Source: Bacteroidales bacterium
GTDB lineage: Bacteria; Bacteroidota; Bacteroidia; Bacteroidales; WCHB1-69
Direction of reading: 5' to 3'
DNA: 64,000 bases
Assembly: GCA_045130275.1 (NCBI GenBank)
Contig: JBGUPL010000029.1
Span: forward strand, 17,452 to 81,451
Position numbers and translations under genes: made by a program. Positions 17,545 through 26,234 of this stretch are shown piece after piece. The number at the start of each line of letters is the position of its first letter. Position 1 is the stretch's first letter. The notes under the pieces were generated by a model. The model did no database searches, was not told the DNA's origin, and was given only the letters and a program-made list of their open reading frames with translations.

Positions 17545-18396
17545 ATGAAAAAGAAATCGTCATATACTCATCCGATGAACCTTTATCCTCAGAGAATCAA
17601 GGAGGAAGGCATTGTGGTTTTCAATGATGTAAGGGGGTTGCCCTCCGGGGACGAGCCGTTTGTCTCGTCAGACTACGTCATCTGTATCGGTCACAAAGGA
17701 CGCATCAACCTCATGTACGATGACAACGCCGACTTTTCGGAGCAGCGCACCGTTGGCGTTATCTTCCCCAATCACAGACTTTTGAAAGTGGACAAAACCG
17801 ATGACTATCGTGCCACATTGATTGTGGTCAGGGCATCGCTCCTGAATGATCCGATGCTGCAAATCATCAACCAACTGCGCTACCGTTACGAACCGCATCC
17901 CAACGTGAAGCTCGACAGGCATGAATACAAAATGATAACGAACGTGGTGGAGGGGATGTGCGAAATCACCCGCCTCAAGCTTCCCGACCTTCAGATGCTG
18001 ATGACACGTCTGTTGGAATTTCTCCTGCGCCTGCTCAATAACTACCGCAGGAACAAACTGAACGAGACATCGGCCGACAAGAGGGTCAGCGCACATTTCC
18101 ACAATGACCTCAAGCAGTATTTCCGTAAGCACCGCGATGCGAGTTTCTACGCCGAGAAGGCATGCTTGTCAAGCAAACATTTCAGCGCTGTCATCAAGCA
18201 GGAGACGGGTCAAACCGCCGCCTACTGGATTCATCGCCAAGTCGTGGCGGAAGCGAAGATGCTGCTGCATGTCCGGCCTGACCTCTCGGTGCAGGTCATT
18301 GCCGACATGTTGGGTTTCGAGGAACAATCCACGTTCAGCCGTTATTTCCGCCGCGAGACAGGCATGAGTCCCACCGAATTCCGCAACAGTCTATAA
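17545..18396 (+). CDS. AraC family transcriptional regulator
   Basis: C-terminal HTH (IADMLGFEEQSTFSRYFRRETGMSPTEFR). Confidence 0.8.
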   Translation: MKKKSSYTHPMNLYPQRIKEEGIVVFNDVRGLPSGDEPFVSSDYVICIGHKGRINLMYDDNADFSEQRTVGVIFPNHRLLKVDKTDDYRATLIVVRASLLNDPMLQIINQLRYRYEPHPNVKLDRHEYKMITNVVEGMCEITRLKLPDLQMLMTRLLEFLLRLLNNYRRNKLNETSADKRVSAHFHNDLKQYFRKHRDASFYAEKACLSSKHFSAVIKQETGQTAAYWIHRQVVAEAKMLLHVRPDLSVQVIADMLGFEEQSTFSRYFRRETGMSPTEFRNSL

Positions 18397-18398
18397 GG

Positions 18399-18483
18399 GA
18401 TTCCTTTGGATTTTGTCTGATTTTGGCAAATTATTTCTTTGGATTTTATTTAGAATTCTGATGATATAATTTCCTTGGGAAGG
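18399..18483. repeat. ~32-nt tandem repeat array (ATTTCYTTGGATTTTRTC..ATTTTGGCRA), upstream block
   Basis: Three motif copies start near 18401, 18433 and 18470. The same unit recurs at 19158-19245. Confidence 0.65.
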
Positions 18484-18579
18484 GACTTTTTTTGTGCTTT
18501 TTTATTGGCAGATTTTCTACTTTTGCATTTCTATTTCAATAAGCATTCAAAATAATAACAAGTTAAAACATAATTCCTT

Positions 18580-19143
18580 ATGAAACAACCGATTAAAACA
18601 ACCGAAGCCATTTTCCCGATGCCCGTTCTGCTCATCGCCACCTACAACGAGGACGGCACCGTTGACGTGATGAACGCCGCCTGGGGCACGATGCTCGACC
18701 GCGACCGCGTGGCCCTCAACCTCACCGAAACCCACAAGACGGTGGAGAACATCAAGAAACGCAAGGGCTTTGTGGTCCACATCGCCGACGCCGCCCACGT
18801 GGTGGAGGCCGACTATTTCGGCGTGGTGTCGGGCCACAAGGAGAAAGACAAGTTCGCCAAGAGCGGTCTCACCGCCACCAAATCCTCATTGGTGGATGCT
18901 CCCGTCATCAACGAGCTGCCCATCGCGATGGAGTGCGAATTTATTGAATACCAAGGTGATGACACAGGATTGGGCGTCATCGGCAAAGTGCTGCAAACCT
19001 CCGTGGAGGCCGACAAGATGAAGGACGGCAAAGTGGATATCGACGCCCTGAAGGCCATCGCCTTCGACCCTTACACGCACGGTTACTATCTTGTCTCCCA
19101 ACGCGTTGGCGAAGCCTTCAAGGACGGGATGAAGCTGAAATAG
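18580..19143 (+). CDS. flavin reductase family protein (FMN-binding split barrel)
   Basis: 187 aa. PMPVLLIATYNEDGTVDVMNAAWG... is typical of the flavin reductase-like/flavoredoxin domain. Confidence 0.8.
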   Translation: MKQPIKTTEAIFPMPVLLIATYNEDGTVDVMNAAWGTMLDRDRVALNLTETHKTVENIKKRKGFVVHIADAAHVVEADYFGVVSGHKEKDKFAKSGLTATKSSLVDAPVINELPIAMECEFIEYQGDDTGLGVIGKVLQTSVEADKMKDGKVDIDALKAIAFDPYTHGYYLVSQRVGEAFKDGMKLK

Positions 19144-19157
19144 CCTGCTGCGAAAAG

Positions 19158-19245
19158 ATATTTCCTTGGATTTTATCATAATCCGACAGTTTATTTCTTT
19201 GGATTTTATCGAATTTTGGCGATTTATTTCCTTGGATAATATTAA
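19158..19245. repeat. ~32-nt tandem repeat array, downstream block
   Basis: Motif copies start near 19160, 19193 and 19226. The unit is shared with 18399-18483. Confidence 0.65.
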
Positions 19246-19413
19246 TTTTGTGTTTTTGTAGTCAATAATATAAGGTTGCGATTTTATGTATTATCCAAAA
19301 TTCATAGACTGAAGAATTTACGTTGGACTGTTTGAGGCAATCAGAAAAATGGAAACATCTGATTTCTCTTGTGGACGAAGCTGCTCAAATGTCTTAACCA
19401 ATCCTTGAAATTC

Positions 19414-19469
19414 GTTCATCATAATGAACAAAAATCAAAAATTTTCCATTTTGTTCATTATAGTGAACA
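19414..19469. promoter_or_regulatory. two operator-like palindromes (GTTCAT-N4-ATGAAC; TGTTCA-N6-TGAACA) upstream of the ATPase gene
   Basis: Sites at 19414-19429 and 19452-19469, immediately 5' of the -7 box TATTTTTG at 19479-19486. Confidence 0.45.
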
Positions 19470-19506
19470 AAAAAATAGTATTTTTGCGCGAGAAAAATAT
19501 TGAGAC

Positions 19507-20712
19507 ATGGAACTGGTTTATAGACCCTATTACTACTCAAAAGTAGAGAAATTTCTTGGCACAGGTGTACTTCTTGTTTTGACCGGTCAACGCCGTGTCG
19601 GCAAAAGTTACGTCATGAGGGAGGTTGTCCAACGGAAACGACAGGATTCAGACTCGTGCGTCATCTATATTGACAAGGAAAAGACCGATTTCGACTTCAT
19701 CCAGAACTACAAAGATCTGGTGGCATATATTGACGAACGAAGAGAGCCGAATAAGCATACATTTATCCTTATTGACGAGGTTCAGGAAATCGAGGAATTT
19801 GAACGCGGACTAAGGAATTACTATGACAATCTGGATATTGACATCATTGTGACAGGCAGCAATTCCGACACGCTTTCAAGCGACTTGGCGACTCTGCTTT
19901 CTGGCAGATATGTGGAAATCTTCGTGCAGGGCCTCAGCTATGAAGAGTTCCTGATCTTCCATAATTTGGAAGATAGTGATGATACGCTCCGTAGATATAT
20001 CAATTTTGGAGGACTGCCTGGCCTTCGTCCTATCGGACTGGATGACCCCGAAGTCGTTCGGCAATATCTTCAGGGCGTTTACAACACAATCCTTGTGAAA
20101 GACATCGTCCGTCGCAAAAAAGTGCGCAATGTGTCCTTTTTGGAAAACCTGATCAAATATGTTGGTGACAACATAGGTAAGCCACTGTCGGCCACCAATA
20201 TTCAGAACTATATGACATCCAACAAGAATGAAGTATCCAAGAACCTCATTCTGAATTATTTGAAAGCAATGTCCGAGGCTTTTCTTGTGCATGATGTAAC
20301 ACGTTTCAACTTACACGGGAAGAAACTGCTGGAAAACAACGACAAATATTATTTTGGTGATGTTGGGCTCCGTAATTTCATAGTTGGCGGCAGACGTGCC
20401 AATGACATTGAGAAAATTGTGGAAAACCTTGTATATCAGCATCTCATCCGTTTAGGATATAAGGTAACCGTCGGACAAATGTATGCCACGGAAATCGATT
20501 TCGTAGGGACAAAGGGTGATGACACCATTTACGTTCAGGCAGCTTATCTCATCAGTGAAGAGTCAACTTTCGAACGCGAATTCGGGAACCTTCAGAAGAT
20601 TAACGACAACTACCCGAAATATGTAATATCGATGACCCCTTTCATGGATTCCAGCAAATATGAGGGCATCATTCACGTCCCACTTGTTGATTTCTTGAAA
20701 AATGGTTTCTGA
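19507..20712 (+). CDS. AAA-type ATP-binding protein with DUF4143-like C-terminal region (COG1373 type)
   Basis: Walker A LTGQRRVGKSY, Walker B FILIDEVQ. ~400 aa architecture typical of this family. Confidence 0.75.
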   Translation: MELVYRPYYYSKVEKFLGTGVLLVLTGQRRVGKSYVMREVVQRKRQDSDSCVIYIDKEKTDFDFIQNYKDLVAYIDERREPNKHTFILIDEVQEIEEFERGLRNYYDNLDIDIIVTGSNSDTLSSDLATLLSGRYVEIFVQGLSYEEFLIFHNLEDSDDTLRRYINFGGLPGLRPIGLDDPEVVRQYLQGVYNTILVKDIVRRKKVRNVSFLENLIKYVGDNIGKPLSATNIQNYMTSNKNEVSKNLILNYLKAMSEAFLVHDVTRFNLHGKKLLENNDKYYFGDVGLRNFIVGGRRANDIEKIVENLVYQHLIRLGYKVTVGQMYATEIDFVGTKGDDTIYVQAAYLISEESTFEREFGNLQKINDNYPKYVISMTPFMDSSKYEGIIHVPLVDFLKNGF

Positions 20713-20740
20713 CACTAAAAAAAATCAATCCCCCCAAAAA

Positions 20741-22180
20741 ATGACAACCAACAACATCAATACCGACCGCGTTTTCAGCATCTTCCGTGAGCTGAACCGG
20801 ATTCCGCGCCCTTCGCACCACGAGGAGCGCATCGCCGACTACCTTTGCCAGTTCGCCGAGCGGCTGCATCTGGAGTACGAGCGCGACAAAGAGAACTGCG
20901 TGGTGATCCGCAAGCCCGCCACTCCCGGACACGAGACGGCCGAGCCTATCGTGCTGCTCAACCACATGGATATGGTCTGCGTGGGTATGAACGACCCGCT
21001 CAACGACCCCATCGAGGCTTACGAGGAGAACGGCTGGATGAAGGCCCGCGGTACCTCACTGGGCGCCGACAACGGCATCGGGCTGTCGATGGCCCTCGCC
21101 GTGCTCGAAGATGACCGCATCGTACACCCCGCCCTGGAGGTTATCACCACGACTAACGAGGAGGACGGTATGTCGGGCGCATCGCAGCTCAGCAAGGACT
21201 TCCTCAAAGGCCGCAAGGTCATCAACCTCGACTCCGAGGACTACGACACCATCACCACCGGGGCTGCCGGCGCCTGCCTGCAGTTCCATCGCATCCCCGT
21301 GAAACGCCTGCCAGCGCCCAAGGACGGCCAGTGGCACCGTATCCGCATCGCCGGCGGATTAGGCGGCCACTCCGGCGTCGATATCAACAAAGGACGCTGC
21401 AGCGCGGTGGAGCAGACCAAAATCATCCTGAAAGTAATCAGCAAGGAAGAGGATATCGAAGTTGCTGACATTCAGATCGGTGAAGCCAACGCCTCGATTG
21501 CGTCGTCGGGCGAGATGGTGATTTGGACCGAAAACAACGGGGCTTCAGAGTTTGTAAAGGAGCTGTTGGACAACATCAACCAGACGTTCCAGAGACAATA
21601 TGCGGGCACCGACCCGCGCATCACCTGCAGCATGGAGGTGTGCGAGAAGCGGGAGGCGGTCATCCCAAAAGAGACTGTCGCGGCGTTGGTCCGCAGTTTG
21701 GAGAAGGTGCCGCAGGGCGTGGTGAAGATGAGCGCGGCGATGCCCGGCACGGTGGAGACCTCCAACAATGTGGGGCGCATCGTGGCGGAAGCAGACCACC
21801 TTTTCGTCTCCACCCACACCCGCAGCTTCGTTGACGACGACATGGCCGCGTTGAGCAAGACCATTGCCGCAACCTTTGCTAATGCCGGCGCCGTTTCCGA
21901 GGTCGTGATGTCGGCCCCGGCGTGGCAGGAGGACCAGCACTCGCCGTTCCTACAGCGGGTCAGCGACACGTTCCAGGACGTGCTGGGCTGGCGTCCCCGT
22001 ATGGTGGCGATGCACTTCGTGTTGGAGGCGGGCTTCTTCGTGCAGCACTACCCCGGCATCCAGATCGCCAGCATCGGTCCGCGCATCGTGGAGCCGCACT
22101 CCACCAGCGAGCGCGTCGAGCTCTCGACCATCCACGACATCTGGCGGGTGCTGATCGAATTGCTGGAGCGGCTGGCGTGA
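20741..22180 (+). CDS. pepD: aminoacyl-histidine dipeptidase (M20 family)
   Basis: FRELNRIPRPSHHEERI..., HMDMV, GADNGIG and TNEEDGMSGA motifs. Confidence 0.85.
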   Translation: MTTNNINTDRVFSIFRELNRIPRPSHHEERIADYLCQFAERLHLEYERDKENCVVIRKPATPGHETAEPIVLLNHMDMVCVGMNDPLNDPIEAYEENGWMKARGTSLGADNGIGLSMALAVLEDDRIVHPALEVITTTNEEDGMSGASQLSKDFLKGRKVINLDSEDYDTITTGAAGACLQFHRIPVKRLPAPKDGQWHRIRIAGGLGGHSGVDINKGRCSAVEQTKIILKVISKEEDIEVADIQIGEANASIASSGEMVIWTENNGASEFVKELLDNINQTFQRQYAGTDPRITCSMEVCEKREAVIPKETVAALVRSLEKVPQGVVKMSAAMPGTVETSNNVGRIVAEADHLFVSTHTRSFVDDDMAALSKTIAATFANAGAVSEVVMSAPAWQEDQHSPFLQRVSDTFQDVLGWRPRMVAMHFVLEAGFFVQHYPGIQIASIGPRIVEPHSTSERVELSTIHDIWRVLIELLERLA

Positions 22181-22217
22181 GGGCGGTGATCACAAAAGTA
22201 TGACAAAATGATAGTAT

Positions 22218-22706
22218 ATGAGCAATAGTTTCAATATCCGTCCGGCGAAGCCCGAAGAGGCGGGTCTCGTCCTGGAGTTCATCAAAAAGTTGGCCGTTTA
22301 CGAGAAATGCGCCGACGAGGTGGTGGCCGACGAAGCCACTGTCTATCATTCCCTGTTTGTGGAGCGTTCCGCCGAAGTGGTCTTCGCAGAGGAGGACGGC
22401 GCGGTGGTCGGCTTCGCCCTCTTCTTCCACAACTTCTCCACCTTCGTGGGGCGCAAGGGGCTCTATCTCGAAGACCTGTTCATCCTTCCCGAGAAGCGGG
22501 GTAGGGGATACGGGAAAGCTCTGCTGAAGCACCTGGTCAAGATCGCCGTGGAGCGCAACTGTGGCCGCATGGAGTGGATCTGCCTCGACTGGAACGAGCC
22601 CGCCCTGAAGGTCTATCGCAGCATCGGGGCCGTCCCGATGGACGAATGGACCGTGCAGCGGTTGGACGAGGGGGCGTTGAAGCGGTTTGCGGGGGCGGAG
22701 CGCTAA
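22218..22706 (+). CDS. GNAT family N-acetyltransferase (diamine/spermidine acetyltransferase-like)
   Basis: 162 aa. LFILPEKRGRGYGKALL acetyl-CoA motif and an SSAT-like layout. Confidence 0.8.
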   Translation: MSNSFNIRPAKPEEAGLVLEFIKKLAVYEKCADEVVADEATVYHSLFVERSAEVVFAEEDGAVVGFALFFHNFSTFVGRKGLYLEDLFILPEKRGRGYGKALLKHLVKIAVERNCGRMEWICLDWNEPALKVYRSIGAVPMDEWTVQRLDEGALKRFAGAER

Positions 22707-22720
22707 CGACGGAAGCACGT

Positions 22721-22857
22721 TCACCCCTCCTCACGATCCACTAACGCCTCTATCGGCACCGTGCTGTCCATCAGCCCGATGCGGGTGTCGGAGGCGTGGC
22801 GGTTGACGCCGGTGTAGGCCAGGGAGGCGTCTTTTGAAATAATGTTAAGGATTTAAT
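22721..22857. repeat. direct repeat copy 1 (fragment of a minus-strand coding sequence) flanking the TA-like cassette
   Basis: The core 22754-22840 is 80/87 identical to 23588-23674. Minus-strand reading: ..ISKDASLAYTGVNRHASDTRIGLMDSTVPIEALVDREEG*. Confidence 0.8.
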
Positions 22858-23167
22858 GATACAACAAACTGTGTACTGCGTCGCGAACGAAAATGACTTC
22901 TTGCCCGTTCTTATCGAGAACCACCTCGTATGCAAAATGGAAATCCTCGCAAATAAAATCCTGCCATCCCTTATTAATCCATTCTTTTTTTAGTCTGGCC
23001 TTAGGGAATATGGTCGCATAGTTGGCAAGCGATTCCAATCCGTCATAGAGACGATTTTTCTTGTTTTCAACGGTATCGAAACTTAAAGTATGCCAATGTC
23101 TTAATATGGCAGCATCATAGAACGATTCTATGGCTTGATGTACACGTTCTTCAATAAGAATTCTCAT
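22853..23167 (-). CDS. putative ParE/RelE-fold toxin
   Basis: 104 aa. 4-nt ATGA overlap with the upstream small gene. C-terminal FHFAYEVVLDKNGQEVIFVRDAVH strand pattern resembles ParE/RelE. Assigned by pattern only. Confidence 0.45.
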   Translation of the reverse strand: MRILIEERVHQAIESFYDAAILRHWHTLSFDTVENKKNRLYDGLESLANYATIFPKARLKKEWINKGWQDFICEDFHFAYEVVLDKNGQEVIFVRDAVHSLLYH

Positions 23168-23355
23168 GCTTCAGGATGATAGAACTTGTAAATCTTTTCA
23201 GTCATCCGACGACGGGACTCTTCGAGCGGAATACACTGTGCCATTTCTTCATCGGAGATTGTCCGATATGTTGTTTTTGCGGCAACGCCATATTCTGTGG
23301 ATGGTTCATTAACCATCTGGTTTTCAGGTTCTTCTATAGGATAATCTTTTGCCAT
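23164..23355 (-). CDS. putative cognate antitoxin (small acidic protein)
   Basis: 63 aa. Translationally coupled to the 104-aa gene. Own -7 box upstream. Confidence 0.4.
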   Translation of the reverse strand: MAKDYPIEEPENQMVNEPSTEYGVAAKTTYRTISDEEMAQCIPLEESRRRMTEKIYKFYHPEA

Positions 23356-23375
23356 ATCAAAGTTTTTTTACAAGG

Positions 23376-23383
23376 CAAAGATA
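23376..23383 (-). promoter_or_regulatory. -7 box (TATCTTTG on the minus strand) for the TA-like pair
   Basis: The reverse complement of CAAAGATA, 20 nt upstream of the ATG at 23355. Confidence 0.55.
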
Positions 23384-23562
23384 CATATATTTTTAACACC
23401 TCGATAGTTTTTCTTCTAAAATTTCAAAGATTGTTCTTTATCAATTATTCCATCGGTCACGACAATGTTTCGGCGACCCGTTGAACATGAATCCCCTCCG
23501 GGGATTTGAACCCGCACGTGGACATCCATTTCTACAGATAGGCATCCCCTGACGGGGATGAG

Positions 23563-23690
23563 TCACCCCGAACACCAGCACCTCGATCGACACGGTGCTG
23601 TCCATCAGCCCGATGCGGGTGCCGGAAGCGTGGCGGTTGACACCGGTGTAGGCGAGGGAGGCATCTTTTGAAATATGTTACGGAATTAAC
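23563..23690. repeat. direct repeat copy 2 flanking the TA-like cassette
   Basis: See 22721-22857. Here the minus-strand frame continues into a different tail. Confidence 0.8.
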
Positions 23691-23977
23691 ATATTGACAT
23701 ACATGTCTTTATGAATATTTGTTGAATTTTCGATTTGAAATAATTCCCGTTTTCCGCACGATAAGTGCGGTCGCGAAAATTCCCCTTTTTTTCAAGAAGG
23801 GGTGCCTTTAGGCGGGGTAGTAATATAAAATATCAGAATTCCTTATGAAAAAAATCAATCATCAGCGACCATTGATATAGTTCGCAATCAGAAGACAGAG
23901 TTGCTGACTAAGAAAAAGAGAATCCCAAACCATTATTTTGTGTACCTTTGCGGCGTTGTTTTTACCAATTATCGCAA

Positions 23978-25141
23978 ATGAAAAAGACACTGCTTTTCCT
24001 GACGGCCGTCTTCTGCTTCTCCACCCTCATGGGGCAGCAGATGAACAATATCCTCTATTACAGCCATCTCTATCTGGAATCAAAGGTCAACGGGAAAACC
24101 GCCCGGCTGGTCTTCGACACCGGATCCCCCTACACCTGCATCGACAGCATTTTCGTTGCCGACAGCAACTTCCAATACAGTAGGATCGTCGAGGGCAGGA
24201 TGGGCGGTGCCGGAAATAGTCAGGAAACGGTACGGGTCATCGTCAACGAGCTGACTTATACTGTTTCGGGTCAAGAGTATGTGAGCGACATCTCTCCCAT
24301 CATTCAGCTTAAGCCCATCGTGGGCGATTACGCCGACGGCATACTGGGGATCGACAACTTGGACGACAAAGTCATCACGATAGACTATTTGAATGAACAA
24401 ATGGCTTTTGAAGATCAATTGGGCCACACCGAAGGTTTTACCTCCATTCCCATACGCTATGAAAATAGACGCATCTATGTGCCGCTGACGGTTGCCATCA
24501 GTGAAGGGATAATCATCGAAGGGGAGGGATTGATGGACCTTGGCAGCAGCGGTTCGGTGGAGTTGACGAGCTTGGTGGCTCAGAAATATGCTTTGACGAA
24601 CATCACGCCACAGATACGATACTTTACGGCTGTCGGCGGTATCGGCGGGGCATCTTCCGGCAGCGATTTCAGAGCGAAAAGCGCTTCGGTGGGTGGCTTC
24701 ACCTTGAACGATATTGTCATGGGATTCAGCAACAACACGGGCGGGGCACTCGCCAGCAAGGAATACATTGGCATAGTCGGCACCTACTTCTGGGAACGTT
24801 TTGATATGATTATCGACCTTCCGGGAAAGCGTCTTTTTCTCAGACCGAACAGTAAGTTCCATGACCCGTTTGAATGTCCCGTGCGGGGATTCTCCTACAC
24901 CGACCGAAGCCGTACCCTCGGATATTGGATAGTCAATAGTCTGGCTGAGGATTCCAATGCCGAGAAAGCCGGTTTGAGAAATGGCGACCGCATCGTGGCT
25001 GTCAACGGACGGGATGTGAAGGGGATTTCTCTTGAGGAACGTAAGACCTTCTTCGACGGCATGACGGAGATCACCCTCACGATCCAGCGCGACCATGAGA
25101 CGGTGGAGATTTCCTTCCCCTTCGACGCGCCGAAATTGTAA
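23978..25141 (+). CDS. secreted retropepsin-like aspartyl protease with C-terminal PDZ domain
   Basis: Signal peptide MKKTLLFLTAVFCFSTLMGQ. VFDTGSP and LMDLGSSG aspartic motifs. PDZ-like GLRNGDRIVAVNGRDVKG. Confidence 0.7.
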   Translation: MKKTLLFLTAVFCFSTLMGQQMNNILYYSHLYLESKVNGKTARLVFDTGSPYTCIDSIFVADSNFQYSRIVEGRMGGAGNSQETVRVIVNELTYTVSGQEYVSDISPIIQLKPIVGDYADGILGIDNLDDKVITIDYLNEQMAFEDQLGHTEGFTSIPIRYENRRIYVPLTVAISEGIIIEGEGLMDLGSSGSVELTSLVAQKYALTNITPQIRYFTAVGGIGGASSGSDFRAKSASVGGFTLNDIVMGFSNNTGGALASKEYIGIVGTYFWERFDMIIDLPGKRLFLRPNSKFHDPFECPVRGFSYTDRSRTLGYWIVNSLAEDSNAEKAGLRNGDRIVAVNGRDVKGISLEERKTFFDGMTEITLTIQRDHETVEISFPFDAPKL

Positions 25142-25457
25142 GGGACTCAAGCTTCGCAAGTATGCCTTAGACTGTTTGAGGAAATTTGTCTTTGAACGGA
25201 GGAGATTCCGCCAGTTCCTATCGTCACTGGCGGAATGGTGCGCCACATTCAAGAAAAAAGGGGGAAAAAGATGGGCGGCGGTCGTGAAACTTCAGGCAAC
25301 GGCAGCTTTTTCCCCGCCGCCCATCTTCTTCCCCTTGGTCTCATACGGAGGTGCGCACCATTCCGCCGCGAACGCAGTGAGCGAGCGGAATCTCCAACGG
25401 AAAATCACGAAAACACGCCAACAGCTGCAACAAAAAGAGCTTGCGAAACTTAAATAA
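25135..25457. repeat. 323-nt self-complementary long-hairpin MITE-like element, copy B (inverted relative to copy A)
   Basis: Its reverse complement aligns end to end with 1008-1330. It overlaps the stop codon of the protease gene. Confidence 0.8.
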
Positions 25458-25519
25458 GGGATAATTCAGAAAATTTTTTAGCCAGCCCTCCCGCCGAAAA
25501 AGAGACTCCGGACACCGCC

Positions 25520-26116
25520 CTATCTCGGCACCTGGTGGATGATCTCTAAAATATTGTTGACGAACATGTTGATGGCCATCGCCAGGAGGATGACGCCGAA
25601 AAACTTGCGGATGATGAAGATCACGTTGGCGCCCAACAGCTTCTGGATTTTGTCGAGGTAGCGGATGACGAGGTAGTCGAGGATGATGTTCAGCGACAGT
25701 CCCAGCAGGATGTTGATGACGGCGTAATCGGCGCGGAGGGAGAGCAGGGCGGTGATGGCGCCGGGACCCGCAATGAGCGGGAAGGCCACGGGCACGATGC
25801 TCGCGCCGCCGCTGCTCGGCTCGTTCTTGATGATGTCGCGACCCAAGACCATCTCCACCGCAAGGATGAAGAGCACCAACGAACCCGCCACTGCAAAGGA
25901 GGCCGAGTTGATGCCGAAGAGCCGGAACAAAGCATCGCCGGCGAAGAAAAAGAGCAAGAACAGACCTAAAGCCGTCAGACAGGCCTGCGCCGCCTTGATG
26001 TCCTGGTTTTTCTCACGAATGCCCATGAAAATGGGGATGGATCCCAAAATATCGATGATGGCGAACATCACGATAAACGAGCTGAATATCTCTACGAAGT
26101 TGATGGTTCCGAACAT
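25520..26116 (-). CDS. MarC family (UPF0056) integral membrane protein
   Basis: MFGTINFVEIFSSFIVMFAIIDILGSIPIF... multi-TM. Start set at the ATG downstream of the -7 box; the ORF track starts at an upstream TTG. Confidence 0.85.
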   Translation of the reverse strand: MFGTINFVEIFSSFIVMFAIIDILGSIPIFMGIREKNQDIKAAQACLTALGLFLLFFFAGDALFRLFGINSASFAVAGSLVLFILAVEMVLGRDIIKNEPSSGGASIVPVAFPLIAGPGAITALLSLRADYAVINILLGLSLNIILDYLVIRYLDKIQKLLGANVIFIIRKFFGVILLAMAINMFVNNILEIIHQVPR

Positions 26117-26141
26117 GGCCTTTTCTTTTTGAAAACGGCTG

Positions 26142-26149
26142 CAAAAGTA
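26142..26149 (-). promoter_or_regulatory. -7 box (TACTTTTG on the minus strand) for the MarC-family gene
   Basis: The reverse complement of CAAAAGTA, ~25 nt upstream of the ATG at 26116. Confidence 0.55.
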
Positions 26150-26203
26150 CAAAAATGTCAGATGCGGAACTGCTTTCCAATGCGTTGCATCTAAATAAAA
26201 AAT

Positions 26204-26211
26204 GTACTTTT
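26204..26211 (+). promoter_or_regulatory. -7 box TACTTTTG for the flavodoxin lipoprotein gene
   Basis: TAnnTTTG match 23 nt upstream of the ATG at 26235. Confidence 0.55.
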
Positions 26212-26234
26212 GCGGCCTTAAAAAATAAATCAAA

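Noticed and set aside
23478-23512. tRNA-like T-arm on the minus strand (GGGTTCAAATCCCC), possibly a tRNA 3' remnant or att site next to the TA-like cassette.
   Set aside because: Only 3 of 5 T-stem pairs form. No acceptor, D or anticodon arms can be built from the flanks. More simply explained as one of two similar ATCCCC..GGGGAT hairpins.
1331-25134. Composite transposon or ICE interpretation of the repeat-bracketed 23.8-kb segment.
   Set aside because: No transposase, integrase, relaxase or conjugation gene lies inside or adjacent, and no target-site duplication is visible. It is kept only as an inversion or ancient-element hypothesis in the findings.
24080-25252. Long antisense ORFs. Examples: 24080-25252 (-) 390 aa, 13383-14339 (+) 318 aa, 38387-39526 (-) 379 aa, 55187-56392 (-) 401 aa, 29368-30312 (-) 314 aa, 21960-22724 (-) 254 aa, 8890-9723 (+) 277 aa.
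   Set aside because: Each lies entirely opposite a gene with strong family motifs. Their products are Arg/Gly/His/Val-rich low-information sequences typical of shadow ORFs in GC-rich coding DNA.
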